Counted from the stretch's first letter, positions 10,770 to 25,165 are shown. The stretch is 64,000 nt of DNA from Nemertoderma westbladi (GCA_032718475.1 JAUCBJ010002811.1:1-64000), one strand, 5' to 3'. Notes: generated from the letters alone by a model not told the origin. Program-made: numbers and translations.

Positions 10770-12658
10770 TGCTTCTTTATTGCAACGTAGGCAATAAAGC
10801 TGAAGTACCGGCCAACCGGTACCCAGTAGGCCTGACTACCTAACCACCCGGACCGGTACTTACAGCAGTACAGGAACAGCAGTATTATTCGATTTTGATA
10901 TTGTATACCGGTAGGCCTTAATATTAAATCAGGGAGGGCCCGCCCTGGTTTTTTATTGAGATTTTACTTATTTCTGTCAGGTTTTATTTATTTGTAGGTT
11001 AATATTGAGCAGAAGACGTGTAAGCCTGCTCAGATTGTACAGATAATTTGTAGGCTGGACTGTTGTTAAGTCTGAAGGGACTGTAGTGTGTGTAGAGCGT
11101 ATGTCCGAAAAAGTACTAGTTAGGAAAGTAGGGGCTTCCAGTGCTGTGAGGTAAACCCCCTCGAAAGAATAAGTCGTACTACTCGGTTAGAACGCATACT
11201 AACTAACCATTTCGGAGTCTGCATATACTGTAGTTTATTTAGGCTTGATAGTAGTCTGCCAGCGTTTGGTCTGTACTTTGTTTGTGTAGTCTGTACAGGT
11301 AGCGTAATATTTATTATTCAGAGTTTATGCGATTATTCGCAACATTCATATCCCCAAGTTTATTCCTGCAGTAATTGTGCTTGTTATATATACCGTTATA
11401 GTTAAACTAACCCCGGTACTACATCAGGGCTGCTTGGCGTAGGTAAAGACTGGTGATTTTGTGCCCCGGTCACTCCAGCAGATACCGTGGTTCTTTTAGC
11501 TGTTCAAGTATTTTTAACTACTGATTATTTGTTGTATAAGTACTTGTACCTAATTTAGGGTTTAGTGTACAGTGCTTTCCGAAGGTGATTAGTGTGTAGG
11601 CAGTATATTTGTGTTGTAAAGTGGTTAATAGGCACGTTGGTTCTGGTAGACCGCGGTAATTAACTTCTAGGTAGAAACACTCCGTGATACATAACGTAGT
11701 ACTTATAGCGATACGGCTATAAGTCGTCAGACGGTGGTATTTTTCCTATCTGGACAACGCAATATATTTACTACTACTTATTATTTTCAAATACCGTAGA
11801 ATCCTGTCCGTTTGTAATAACCAGATATTCGAACCCTTTGTTAGGCTGGTTTTTAGACTTCTTGTAAAATTACCCTAAAAATTCGTACTTATAATTTTTT
11901 GTGTTTATTTAGAGATTGTAATCTCACCCCGAATTGTACGTAATCTATAGTATTAAGTAACTTAGGTAAATTAGAATTATTTGTTTTAGTGTCCAACAAG
12001 TAGCACTTCACTGAGAGCGTACAGCTTCTGTGTAGTGACTCCTTCCCAGAAATAATAACATTTATTTCAAACATTGACAAAACCCATAAAACGGGTACAC
12101 AAATATTATAAATCAACTCAAACCGATTTATAAAATAGTAGGCCTGTCATACATCAATTAGGTCTAAATATCAGTTGGACCACTGCTTAAATAATGGTAA
12201 TAAGGTAAAGTAAAGTAGCCAAGTAACCCTTAAAAATTCAGAAATTTAATTATTCTAAGATAATTGACATACCGGTATTTACAATAGGCTTATTATATTT
12301 ATTTCTATAAATTTAGGCTGAAATTATACCGGTATTCTGTAATTAATTCTAGTCCATAATTATACTTATATATACTATAAGTGTAAGCTGTATACCGGTA
12401 TTCACGATAGGCCTATTATATATTTATATATATTTGTGCTGAAATTACATACCGGTATTCTGTGACAAACCTAGTCTGTAATAATACTTATATATATATA
12501 CTATAAGTGTATACCGGTATTCTAATATATTATATATATATATCACACTACACTGAGTAGCAGTATCGGTAATTAATTACTAGCCTAACAGTGATACTGA
12601 ATTACTAGACTTGCTTTAACTGTAATATAGCAGTAGGCATTCAACTGTACAAACAAAC

Positions 12659-14638
12659 ATGTCTGACACAAAGCAAAACCTGTCAGACAGTCTCCTAGAT
12701 ACAACCATCTGTGACCCAGACAGGAGTGTGGAACGTGTGAGACCGAAGTTCAACTCACCTCCTACTGTAAGAAAGATCATCCCTCCAGTAGTAGTATCAC
12801 ACCCTAGGCTAGTCCAACACCGTAGGTCTATCATAGGCACTCGAGCTCAAGTCAAGCGAGACCAAGAAGCAGCGGAACAGCAGCAACATTCGAGCCGAGA
12901 ACGTATTTCTCAGCGGCCCGATAGCTCCAGTAGTGAGGATACTGTAGAGCTGACACCCGAGCGCGGAGCAAAGATGACGGATGCGGTTTATTCGGATCCC
13001 CTTCTCATCCTTCCTGCAGCCGTACTCACTAGGGTATTGATTGCGGTGGAAGAACACCAGATTGATTGGGCGAGAAGTAAGCGATCGACCAAGGATAGTT
13101 ATGCGGGATACACAAGGGAAGAACTGAAGTCTATTGTCGAGTCGCAATGGAACTTCCTCGGACCCGGACTCCCGTTTGACTTATCGGAAGCTGCCTGGGA
13201 AGACATACACAGGATGGGAGTAACAAAAGAAACCATCGATCCAGCTGTGTGGAAGAGGTCAGCAGCAGGATACGTACAGGGATTCTTCAGCTCTATGGAG
13301 CGATTAGAGAATCAACTGTTTCGACAATCCCAAGGACCTCAAGAGCAGGGAGAGCTGCTTTATCAAGTTAGAGAAAGAATTCTAAGAATCAGACTAATCT
13401 TATCGGCCTTTGAAGAAGCTTCAAAAAGAAGACAAGACACGTCGTTGCAGGTTGCCGTAAAGACTTGGTTTCAACGGGTGAGTCTCCAGGTTCAAGGAAC
13501 GGCCCAGTGGAAAGCTCAGCTGGATGAACGCTCAACCCATGGAGAATCAACAGACGCTACCTTTTCCCAAGTGGAAAGCGAAGCGACAGCAGAGAAACCG
13601 CATAAGAGGGATGCTATTGACATCTATCTGTCAGACTATCAACGCTTTGTAGGTGATGAAGAGTTGAGGAGAAGGCTAGATGGACTTAGCCCTAATAGTG
13701 AAGGAGCCAAGCTTGTGTTGGACGCAATCGACGCGGATATGAGAGCTGCGAACCAAGCTAAATTTGATGAACGCCTCCGTATCGCTAGAGTCCAAGAAGA
13801 ACAAGTAACGAAAAAACGTATAGAAGACAGAAAGACAGCGGCAGTGGCAGCAGCAGTGGCAGCGGCAGAAGCAGAAAGAAAGGCGGCAGAGGTAGAAGCC
13901 GAAAGAAAGGCGGCAGAGATAGAAGCGGAAAGAAAAGCGGCAGTAGCAGCGGCAGAAGCAGAACGGAGAGCGTCTGAAGAGATCGCCCAACTAGATTTGG
14001 AAAATATTCAAGAGAATCAAGACTGCATAAATAAACAGTTAACAGCTAGTCAAATGCAGATGATGAGTCGATCTACTCCCAAAAGACAGGGATATACATC
14101 ATCTGAGGAAGGCGATACAACCGATACTGAAGGCGGAGGAAATAGATCTCGTCTAAGCAGACGTAGAAGAATATCCCACCATCAGAAATTGCCTGATTTG
14201 CCCCCAGCTGTTAGAAGGCAACTAACTAACACAAACTTAGGTAGTACAGAACCCACAGACCAAATAATTAACATAGGAAGACTCCCTACTATAGTAGATG
14301 AGCCTGAAATAATTAGGCCTGTTCCCGAAGCCACCCCTTCGGTGATAGAGACACCTGTACTCCCTGAACCTACCTCTAAATTCCCTCTGCACAGCACTAA
14401 GCTACCTGTGCCCCACAGAACCACCCTTGAAAATGTTCATGTCCTGGACTCCGAGCGAAATATTAATGATTTGTCGCCCGTTGTCCCTCGTCCGCCCGCT
14501 ACAACGTTGGCACCTCCCGCTTCGGCGGTCGAGTGGGTAGATGAGGGACGACGGGAGATGGGTCTCCTGCTCGGGCAGCTGAGGGAACAACATTCTCGCT
14601 CCTCTCAGCAGGTCCAGGAGATGGAGGGAACTGTGCAG
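12659..14638 (+). pseudogene. BEL A gag, N-terminal part (interrupted by Gypsy)
   Basis: Homologous to B and C gag; continues at 19226-19231 after TSD TGCAG. Confidence 0.88.
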
Positions 14639-14910
14639 TATAGTGCGTCCTGGTGAAGGGATATTATATATGATGGATATACTGTATTACTTTATTATCG
14701 AGTAGGATCTAAGTGTTACTTGACAGTACCTACCGGTATATATACATATTAGATATAATTGAGCTGACAGCAGAACAGTGTTTTACAGCCGTGCTACCAC
14801 AGTACTGTATCGGCCGGTACGTCATATTGGTGACCCGGACAATTGAATTATTCTGACCATTTTTAATTAATAATACATTAACGTGCTGAGATAATTCTGT
14901 AAATTATAAC

Positions 14911-15795
14911 ATGGCTACCGGAAGCGATACGAATACGATCAAACCACCACCGTTTCAGGACTCCAGTAATCAAAATAATAGCGGCAGCGGCAGCATGTCT
15001 GCACTCTTGGACGTGTCACGTGTGGCAGTAAAGCCACCCGTGTTCTATTGGTCAAATCCGACGATTTGGTTCCGTACGATTGAATCGCACTTCGTCCTGG
15101 CAGGAGTAACGAACGAGCAAACGCAATTTCACCACGTTATGGCCAACCTTCCGGAAGACGTAGCTCTAAATATAACACCGGAAGTTATATCTTACAGCGA
15201 AATTAAATCAATCATCCTACAATTATATCAGAAAACTAAGTCAGAGTTATTAGAAGAAGCGCTTGGCCAAGTATCCATGGAAGGGCAAAAACCCTCGCTA
15301 GTCTACATGAGAATTAAACGCAAGATGGCAGAATGTCAACTTACCGCGGACGACGATGTTGTAAGACATAAACTGTTACAAGCTCTTCCTTCATCAGCTC
15401 GTTCAACATTACTCGGTCATATGAATCTTCCTCCAGAGGACTTCGCTAAACTTGCAGACACCATCCTGCAATTCACAAACCAACAGAACGTCCAAACACC
15501 ACTCCCTACCCTCGGAGCTACTGCTGTTTATCGACCACCACCCACCCAAAATCAACAACCATACAACTCACGGTCGAGTAACCACAACCATGCCGGAGCT
15601 GTGGGCGTTTCTGGTACGATTTATCCATTCTCAGAGGGTCAAAAACCTAAGGTTTGTAGATTTCACATATACTATGGGGAACGGGCTAAACGTTGTAAAC
15701 CATGGTGTCGTTGGCCGGGTAAGAAACCCAAAACTATAGACCCGTCATCCCGCCCACAATCGCGACCAAACTCACCGAGTCGACCGGAAAACTAG
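14911..15795 (+). CDS. gag: Gypsy Gag
   Basis: KPPVFY..NP..WF..IESHF and CRFHIYYGERAKRCKPWC, typical of CsRn1-type Gag. Confidence 0.9.
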   Translation: MATGSDTNTIKPPPFQDSSNQNNSGSGSMSALLDVSRVAVKPPVFYWSNPTIWFRTIESHFVLAGVTNEQTQFHHVMANLPEDVALNITPEVISYSEIKSIILQLYQKTKSELLEEALGQVSMEGQKPSLVYMRIKRKMAECQLTADDDVVRHKLLQALPSSARSTLLGHMNLPPEDFAKLADTILQFTNQQNVQTPLPTLGATAVYRPPPTQNQQPYNSRSSNHNHAGAVGVSGTIYPFSEGQKPKVCRFHIYYGERAKRCKPWCRWPGKKPKTIDPSSRPQSRPNSPSRPEN

Positions 15796-15830
15796 CAGCC
15801 CTCAGTGCAGCGGCTGCGAGCGCTGAGGGC
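15786..15830 (+). promoter_or_regulatory. -1 ribosomal frameshift signal gag/pol
   Basis: G GAA AAC just before the gag TAG, then hairpin GCCCTCAG...CTGAGGGC; the -1 frame reaches protease FLIDTGS. Confidence 0.8.
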
Positions 15831-18800
15831 GCTGCTGTATTTAAAACTACCGCAGCAATCTCTAACTCAGTATGCGAAATAGAACACAAACTACCATTTT
15901 TAATAGATACAGGATCTCAAGTTTGTATATTACGACCCGAACCTGTTAAACAGTTTATATGGGAATCAACACCAGTACAACTGTGCGCTGCTAGCGGTAC
16001 CCCTATAACAGTATACGGTAAAGTAAACCTACAACTATCAATATTAAGACGCAAATTTCCTTGGAAATTTTTTGTAGCGGATGTGAGGGATAATATTATT
16101 GGAATTGATTTTCTTTCTAATTATGATATGCTTTTAGACTGTAAAAACCGTGAAATAATAGATGGAACTACAAAAATACGGAGTACAGTATCTTTTGTCG
16201 AGGCATCCGAGACACAATCGGTATACAAAGTTGAATTAAGTCACTCAGATGGAAATATAGATACACTATTGAAAGATTTTGCCGACTTATTTGACCAAGA
16301 TTCAGCATTCTCCAGTAATTCTGCATCAAATACTACTCATCGAATAATAACAGGAGATAGCCCACCAATTGCAGCCAAACCGCGGCAGCTAAATTGACAG
16401 AAATTAGCAGTTGCAAAACAAGTTTTTACAGACTTACAGGAACGGGGAATTATTTGCCCTTCCAAAAGTCCCTGGGCCTCACCTCTTCATATGGCCCCTA
16501 AAGCAAATAAAAAAGACCAATGGCGTCCGTGTGGCGACTATAGAGCACTAAACAGAATAACTAAACCTGATAGATACCCATTACCTCACATTCAGCACTT
16601 CACTTCACAGTTACGAGGTTCTAGAATTTTCAGCCGAATAGACTTAGTCAGGGCCTACAACCAAATTGCAATGTCAGAGGAAGATATTCCTAAAACAGCA
16701 GTTACAACACCATTCGGTCTATTTGAATTTACTAGGATGCCGTATGGCCTATGTAATGCAGGGCAAACATTCCAACGCAAAATGAATGAATCTCTAGGTG
16801 ATTTATCATTTGTTATTCTATACATGGACGATATTCTAGTACACAGTACTGATAAAGACACTCATTATAAACATTTGCGACTCATATTTGAAAGACTGCA
16901 TAACAACAACTTAAAACTAAACTTTACCAAGTGCGAATGGTGCAAAACTGAAATTACATTTCTTGGATTTCGGGTTTCTGCAGATGGTATTTTACCTCCC
17001 CCTGAAAGAGTCACTGCATTGAACTCAATTCCAGAACATCGTAGTTACAATGACTTACGCAGGGTCATTGGCATGTTCAATTTCTACCGTAGATTTATCC
17101 CAGCATTTAGTGAAATTAGTCACCCTTTACAGACTTTATTAACATCTACACAACCTAATAAACGTAAAACACAACAATGCGATTTTAAAGCTAATGAGTG
17201 GCTCCCAGAACATTCAGCGGCCTACGATAAACTTAAAACTGCTTTGGCCAATGCTGTTTTATTACACCACCCTTCCAAGGGCGATTGTCCATTATCACTA
17301 ACAACTGATGCTTCAAAGTTTGCTATTGGTGGAGCCGTTCACGAAATACGATCCACAGAAGACTCAGTTCCTCTTAGTTTCTTCTCGCGTAGGCTCACTC
17401 CTAAAGAATCTCAATTATCAACCTACGAGCGTGAATTCTTAGCTGCATACGACAGTGCGGTCCATTTCGGATCCTTGTTAGAGGGAAGAAACGTTATTTT
17501 ATATACAGACCACAAACCAATAATCGGCGCGTTCAATAAACCAGAGAGTCTATCCCCACGCCAGAACCGTCAACTGTCTTTATTGGCTGAATTTATTGAT
17601 AAAGTAGAATATATCCCAGGAAATTCTAATATAGTCGCGGATACACTCTCTCGACATGTGAACTCAACATACATTGACCCATTTGGTTTAGATGACATTG
17701 CAAATGCCCAGAAGGAAGACACAGATCTTCTGTCAGATAAACACCCATTTGATATTAAGATATTTAAAACTGCATGCGGGAGGGATGTAATATGTGATAT
17801 TTCAACTACATATCCCCGGCCAATTATTCCAGAATCATTTAAGAAGGAGGTTTTCAATGAGATTCATAACTTAGCACATCCAGGCATTAAAACCACTCTC
17901 CGTCTGATCACAGACCGATTCATATGGAACAATGCGAGGAGAGATATAACAAGCTGGTGTCGTAGCTGTATCCCATGCCAGCAATCAAAGATAACCCAAC
18001 ATATAAAAGCCCCATTGAAACCATTCCCTCCAGCCCCACGGTTTTCACACATACATTCCGACATTGTAGGTCCACTACCTACAGATAATCATCCATACCC
18101 ATATGTAGTAACGTTTATAGACAGACATACAGGATGGGCTGAAGCCACTCCGGTTATATCTATTACCGCAGCTGCCACAACCACAGCCTTTGTTGAAACA
18201 TGGTTCTGCAGATTCGGTGTTCCTCTATACATCACCACAGACCGCGGCGGCCAGTTTGAGTCTGAGTTGATGTCCGACCTTTCCAAATTAATAGGCTTCC
18301 ATCGGTTAAGAACGACAGCATACCATCCTCAAGCAAACGGGAAAGTTGAACGTTTCCACCGAACTTTGAAAGCTGCCCTAAAAGCTCGTAAACAAGACTG
18401 GTTAGAATCTCTTCCAATAGTTTTATTCAGTTACCGCATTACACAATCCCATGTAACCGGAATCTCACCATTTGAACTGGTGACTGGCTCAAAAGCATTA
18501 CTACCTGCTTGTTTGGTGGCACCTACTGATATGAACTTTAATTTAGATTATGTCAACAAATTACACAACCACATCACCGAGTTAGGGTTTATTGTGCAAT
18601 CTACAGATGGTACACTGAATAAAAATCAACGTTCATACGTCCCAAAGTCCTTAGAAAAATGTGAGAAAGTCTTTGTAAGAATCGACCGCGCGAGAAAAGC
18701 CCTTCAAGCTCCCTACCAAGGACCATTCGAGGTCATCGAGCGGTGCGAGAAATATTTCAAACTATTAACCCCAAGTGGTGACCAAAATGTCTCCATCGAT

Positions 18801-19001
18801 CGACTTAAACCTTACATAGTAACTGATACGGCGTGGAAACCCAAGCAAAACAGCGATAACCTAGCAAAATCATCCCCAAAGACAGTTAAACAGCATTTAC
18901 CTATTCCCCAAAGAGAAACTGAAAGTAAAACTGACAAGGAGCAACCATATAACACTATCACTACACGTAGGGGAACGAAAGTCCATTTTTATCCTCCCTA
19001 A
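15789..19001 (+). pseudogene. pol: Gypsy Pol (PR-RT-RH-IN) with one in-frame TGA at 16395-16397
   Basis: [48 protein letters not shown]; frames 16083 and 16491 are the same. Confidence 0.93.
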
Positions 19002-19225
19002 TAAAACCTCATGTTCCACTTCTGTTATGGGGAGATATATAGTGCATCCTGGTGAAGGGATATTATATATGATGGATATACTGTATTACTTTATTATCGA
19101 GTAGGATCTAAGTGTTACTTGACAGTACCTACCGGTATATATACATATTAGATATAATTGAGCTGACAGCAGAACAGTGTTTTACAGCCGTGCTACCACA
19201 GTACTGTATCGGCCGGTACGTCATA

Positions 19226-22096
19226 TGCAGCAGTTAAAGGGAACAATTAGAGAGAGTAGGTTAGAGTTGCAAGAAGTGCAGCAAAGTATCGCGTTAGAAC
19301 GCGATAAATTAGTAAATACACAAAAGGGTATACCACCACCCCCTGTAACAATGTGTCAACCTGTTAGGTCTGAAGTATTTCATGCGCAAGGTGTGGAGCC
19401 TACACGCATCTATACTGCTAGCGAAGTGGAAACTCCTATAGTAAACCCTATTAAGGGTAATTATAAACCTGTTGACAATGATATTCCATATAGACTTGAT
19501 AATAATCCGAGAAATTTATATACCGATAACTCGATATTAAATAACACGATGGCCCAAGAAAGTTTAACGCGTCAAATGGCTAGAACCGAAGCCCGTCAAG
19601 CGGTAAAGTTGGGAGAGATCGTCAAGTTCAATGGAGATGAGATGAAATGGTTACCTTTTAATGAATATTACAAAGATAACATACAGAACTCTGTGCTATC
19701 AAACGGAGAGAAACTTAGATTCCTCATCGAGTGCTTGGAAGGATCTCCCAAGTTAATGGCGTTAAAGTTTATTGGACATCCTGATGGATTAAGACAAGTT
19801 TGGGATACCCTAAACATCAGGTATGGTAATAGGAATAACATAGCTAGGTAAGTCTCATGAATATCAGAGTTCTATGGTTATTGGAGCTGTGGCCTCTACT
19901 TTACCGAAGGGTGGAGTAGGTACACGCTGGGATAAGAAAGTGTTATATATGATGGAACAACAACGACGAGACCCTACCATGGCTGATCTCATGTCATTCT
20001 TGGATGGAGAAGTGAAATTACAACTCCTAAAGCAGTCCATAGAGAAGACACCGGAAAATAAGGTAAGTGAGAAACCCGTTTCTAGGAGAAGGGTAATACC
20101 AGTGTGTTATACAGACGACGGCGAAAGCCAGGCTTCTCAAGAGGAAGACAGCGGGAAAGACACTGAAAGATCTTATTATGTCAACAAAACGCCCAAAGAT
20201 GTAAGTAAATTCAGGTCTCGAACCAATGACAGGAGAGAACAGGTAAGAAAAACCCCTCCTACGTCTCCTAAAAGAATTCAGGTAAGAAAGCCCGAAGAAA
20301 GAACGAGTGTGCACAACGTTATTCAAAATAAGGTAAGTAACATCAAACCGAAATGTGCGCTGTGTGACGGGCCCCACCGTTTGAATGTGTGTGATGAATT
20401 CCTAAAGAAATCATTAACGGATAGACGGGAAGTCATGTGGGATAAGCGGTTGTGTTATAATTGCCTCAGACGAGGACACCAACGGCGAACCTGTTACTCC
20501 GACGCAAGGTGTGCAAAGTGCGGCGCAAAACATCATATCTTGTTGCACACTGAATTCGAACGAAACAGCCCGAGTCAGGTAAGTGAGTCCGAACTACATG
20601 TCCAATTCAGTGATGTGAACGACACTGACCAAAGTTCTGAGATGGAAGGATTCTATACGGATGAATTCTCCGACGAAAATGAATCCTGTTACCTGATAAA
20701 TACCGCAGTGTATCGAGCACTTACGTATGAAAAGGACACCGACAGCGAGCTCTCCCTAACTACTTCTGACCGACAACCATCTTGGAAAGCACCAACTTCC
20801 AATGTAGGAATCCGAGAATTTCCTGTAGTACAGTTGAGGGTCCACGGACCTAAAAGGAGTTATATAGTGAACGCCCTCCTTGACTCCGGTAGCACAGGAA
20901 CATTCATCGACAAAGAACTAGCCGAAGACATCTTTGCTGGACAACCCAAGTTCCGAACTAAGTTAAACATGTCAGGAATTATGCAGGTTTGGAAATCTAC
21001 AGTAATAGCGGATTATTATATAGGTGCGTTGTCCACCCCCCAGGATGAACTAGGAGAACACAGCATAAGGTCAGTAAAAATGGTGGCGATAAAGAACTTC
21101 GCTAACAGCCAAGTAGAACCTTACAACTGGGATGAGGACGATTTCACCCAGCAGCTTGATATACCTAGATTCAACACAGACTACCCTGGAGTGCAAATAC
21201 TCATCGGCCAAAATGCGCATGAGGCGCTTGAGACATTGGAGAAACGGCCTGCTCAACCGCAACCACTACAAGCCTATGCGGGAAGAACAAGAGTAGGTTG
21301 GTACCTCACTGGACCTTCCCGTAGGACACTCCTAGAAAGGCTACCCAAAGATCGGGTCCATCAAGAAAGTGAATGGGAAGTGGAGAGCAGTGAGGGAGAC
21401 GACCCAACTGAGGGAACACCATACTCCTCAGATAATGACGATATTAACTCCAATGTAGATCAATGGAGACATTGCCCCGAGACGATTAATCTAGCCGACA
21501 TCACTTCCAGAGGAGCAATTCCTCAAGAACTGACAGATACTCCAGACTGGTTAGGTGGACCCGACTTCCTATACAAAGAAGAAGAAGAATGGCCTCCTCA
21601 TCTTACTACAGCGGAGATTAGACAGGCCAAGGGAGCGGAGAAAGTCAAACCTAAAACTCGGGCGAGTAAATCGAAGTTATTTAAACCCGTGATAGATCTG
21701 TCTGTACTACACATTGCCAGGGACGACGCTGTGGATCTAAACTCCCCCACCGCGAACCGATCTGTTGTGGAGATCAGAGAGAGAGACTGGAGATCTGGAA
21801 CACCAGACGTCTCGCCGGGACTCTCACCTCTCCTGCCGGGAGCGATGGACCACTATAGATCCTGGAATCGGCTTTGTAAGGCCATCGTGTATTTGAAGCG
21901 ATGTTTCTATCGTCACTATTCCAGGACGAAGAGGAAACCTGGAATTGTCTTCGAGACGCAGCAGCTCAATCGCCCAGTTGGTCGTTTATGTTTACTGGAA
22001 CGAGACCGAGAACTGTCCGGAAACTATGGAAGGCAAGATACTCTTCCCACGACCACCTCCCTAATCCAACAAACATCTAGGGACTCCCCAACGTAA
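19226..22096 (+). pseudogene. BEL A gag C-terminus, protease and fused pol remnants
   Basis: KFNGD..W..F (DUF1759-like), three Cys/His knuckles, ALLDSGS; 104-nt deletion at about 19848 relative to B shifts the frame. Confidence 0.9.
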
Positions 22097-23730
22097 CAGC
22101 GTCTGGAGTGGGTGTGTGACTATATTATTTTATATTTGTTTTTATTATTTTATATTTATGTATGTATTATTATGTAATTTTATTATAATCGTTTTCTTTA
22201 ATTTTATTTAGTAGAATGTTATTTTAGCGATTATTTAGTAGATTAGTGCAATATATATTCGCGTTTACTACTTAATTACTTATATATTATATATTTAGTG
22301 CGACGGCGAGAAATAATTCTTTTTCTCTTTCCTTACTGTCCGTATTACATTATAAATGCGTGACTACAGTAAGATGAAATGTCCGTACTTCTTAAAGTAC
22401 AATAAAGCTCCTACTATATTCAAGTATTATTGGTAAAGTAGAGTATTAGGAATGCAAAATTCAGATCCTCATGTCTCGGCTAAACCAAGCTCTGGGTAGA
22501 CCTTGGAAACGACTTGCCTCTTCTCACTGACATTGCTTCGTGCGATATTGCTCTCATACCGTATCTTAAATAATACATATAGTAGCGTGATGTCCCTTTA
22601 ACAGTAGCGTACAATGCAAAATAAATCTGTTAAACCCTTTGACCATCTGCAATTCTAGTCGATTAAGATATCGCGGCACCCACCGATATACTTGAAAGAC
22701 AAATTTCTAGAATCAGTGGTTAACGTCCCCAGACAAGTTCTGGAATAAACTGGTGCCCATCCTAAATATTAACTATTAATATTTACAAAATCTGTCAAAT
22801 TTTAGATCCTTTAAAATTCTAGTCTATTAAGATATCGTAGCACTTACCGATATTCTTAAAAGATCAATTTCCTAGAATCAAGGATCCCAGTCCCCAGATA
22901 TGCTCTGGAATAAAATTGTGTCTATTTAATATTAAATAATAAAATTTACGGGAATAAATTTAAATTCATCTTTTAATGAATTTAATAAATTGTCATTTTT
23001 ATGCAATTTATAACATTCCCAAAATTCCATAAATTAATAGATCATGGGAGCGGAGATTCACCCTATTAAGTATATTAGTGTGCGAGAATCTCCAATATAT
23101 AGTCAATAGCCGATAAAATTCATAAAATCATGTATAAAGAGAAATATTGACAATTAAAGAATTACTATTAAATAGCATCCCAGATCTGTATGCATGAGAA
23201 TTACCCTAATTCTACTGCTAGCTTTCCATAATGTCACCATGGCAACAACCACGCTAGAATTAGAAGTGAGTTAAAAGAACAATAAAGCTTGCCCATTGAA
23301 TAGCATAAGGAATAAATAGCACACTGCTAGTATCCAAGGATACATAATAATAACGTGACATTCTGGAAGGCACTGACTAATGGACAAATGGCCCGAATGT
23401 GTGCGGTTTGTGACAGTTGTGTGGAATTTGTGCGTTTATAGGCGAATGTTACTACTAAAGTGTGTTTACAGTAGCGAGTCGCAATTGTGAAAGTAGCCCT
23501 AACTCTCCAGTAAGAACCTGAAGTAAATCTAAGCCTTTGGGACGGACAGTGGAGTGACTTGTGCCGGTTGTCGTTGTCGTTGTGTAGCTACTACGTTGGC
23601 GAAAACACAGCGGCGACGGTACATCGGCGCTGAGGATCTTGCACTGTCCGGGGGCAGAGAGGGGTAGGCAGCGACGCCCGCTAGCCTAAATATAAACTCA
23701 TTATAATATTGATAAACTCATATAGCAGAT

Positions 23731-25087
23731 ATGACTGAGTTGATAGAAGATGATCTTGGTATCAGGGAGCGATATATTCTACCTTTACAAGCGTTTGTTG
23801 ATAGCTTGATACGCTGCGACGCTGGTCCAACTACTACAGAGGACGATGGTCGTTATATCGAACCGCCAATGTCCCAGGAGCAACTTACGCGTGAATTGGA
23901 CTATAGAAAATTCACCGCTCGCTGTACGCATCGTAATGGTATGTATATAGACTTCTTAACTGCTGGTCATTCTATCGATTTACACGATGCGGACGATGTC
24001 GACACCGAAAGGGAAATGGTACTGTTTTGAGTATCCTACCCAGCGGAGTCAGAACGATAAACTGAAAATCGAATGTGAAAATTCTATTCGAAATCGACTC
24101 GAAAGAGAAGACGTTAAAGAACCGGATAAACGCGGTGACTAGCGTGTGTTTGGGATTCTTGGGAGAAACGTTGTAACACCGAATAAATATCACCCGCGTT
24201 TCCCCTACAATACGTGCGTCTTTGGTATTATTGCGATGAATGCCCAAGACCCAACCAACAAACGGAAAGACATAAACGTCCGCGGAGACGTTGCTTTAAA
24301 CACAGTTTTACTCGCTATGTTTACGGGAGTTTCGAGCGAAACTTGTTCGATGTATCACCTACGCTCGCTCGATTCAAACGATCCTTAAATAAACCTATGA
24401 TCAGAGTTCCGGAATACTCGGTCAGACCTCCTCATTCCCTAGTTAGACCTCAGACTCTTGATCCTAATAGTATCACGGATCCTCCCGAACTGTCCTCACT
24501 GTTTAAAGATCTTGTGTTACCCGAACAGTTAGTCGGTGGCACTCCGGTTGTGGGCTCCCTAAATATTCGCCCATCTTACCTAGTCGGATTGGGATGCGGA
24601 CATCTAATATCGTCATTCAACCGTATCATCGTCCCTGTTTAACCCGATACAACCTGTCACCGAGGCGGAGGAGAGAGTTGTACGAAACGTGTTGGACACT
24701 ATTCTTCAAAAGATCGGAAAAGAAACCGACAATTGTTTAGAGAAACGTAAATTGTAGCAACAAGTCCAAGCGGTAAACGAATTAGCTTTATCTCAGTTCG
24801 ATCAGGAAATCCAGAATCTCTAAGAAGATATCGAACTTGGACGACTCTACTTTCTGCAAGAGTTTGGACAAATGTTTTTAACGACAAGCGGAGGAAAATC
24901 AGCTCGAGGAGAAGCATATCGAAATGGACGAGACATCGACCGTAACCCTAAACCTTCCGATGCAATTGTATTGCACCCTTTACCCAGGAGTTATAGCCCT
25001 CCTAGTAAAGTGGCTCGCCCCAAAGAGAAAAGGACTCTTGTTAGCCTCAAAACACTGCGTAAACGCCGTCCGCGCAAGAAAAACTAA
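23731..25087 (+). pseudogene. BEL A extra 3' ORF region of unknown function (fragmented)
   Basis: TATAAA at 23691, ATG at 23731, series of ORF pieces conserved with B 27003..28359. Confidence 0.5.
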
Positions 25088-25165
25088 CTGTTTAGAGTAT
25101 TTTTATATTTTAGAAACTGTGATTTTTTATATTTTATAGAATTAAATCCCATTTTCTGGGAGCGG

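Larger units (their letters stand above)
14639..19225 (+). mobile_element. Ty3/Gypsy LTR retrotransposon (CsRn1-like), near intact
   Basis: 188-bp LTRs 14639..14826 and 19038..19225 (1 mismatch seen), TSD TGCAG, PBS TGGTGACCCGGAC (tRNA-Trp-like) at 14828, PPT GGGGAGA at about 19029. Confidence 0.95.

Noticed and set aside
9452-12116. Short ORFs recurring in LTRs and leaders (also 25134, 25863, 42870, 49828-54005)
   Set aside because: Recurrence is explained by DNA repetition; not conserved across A, B and C.
23731-25087. env gene
   Set aside because: No signal peptide, TM segment or glycoprotein-like Cys pattern visible.
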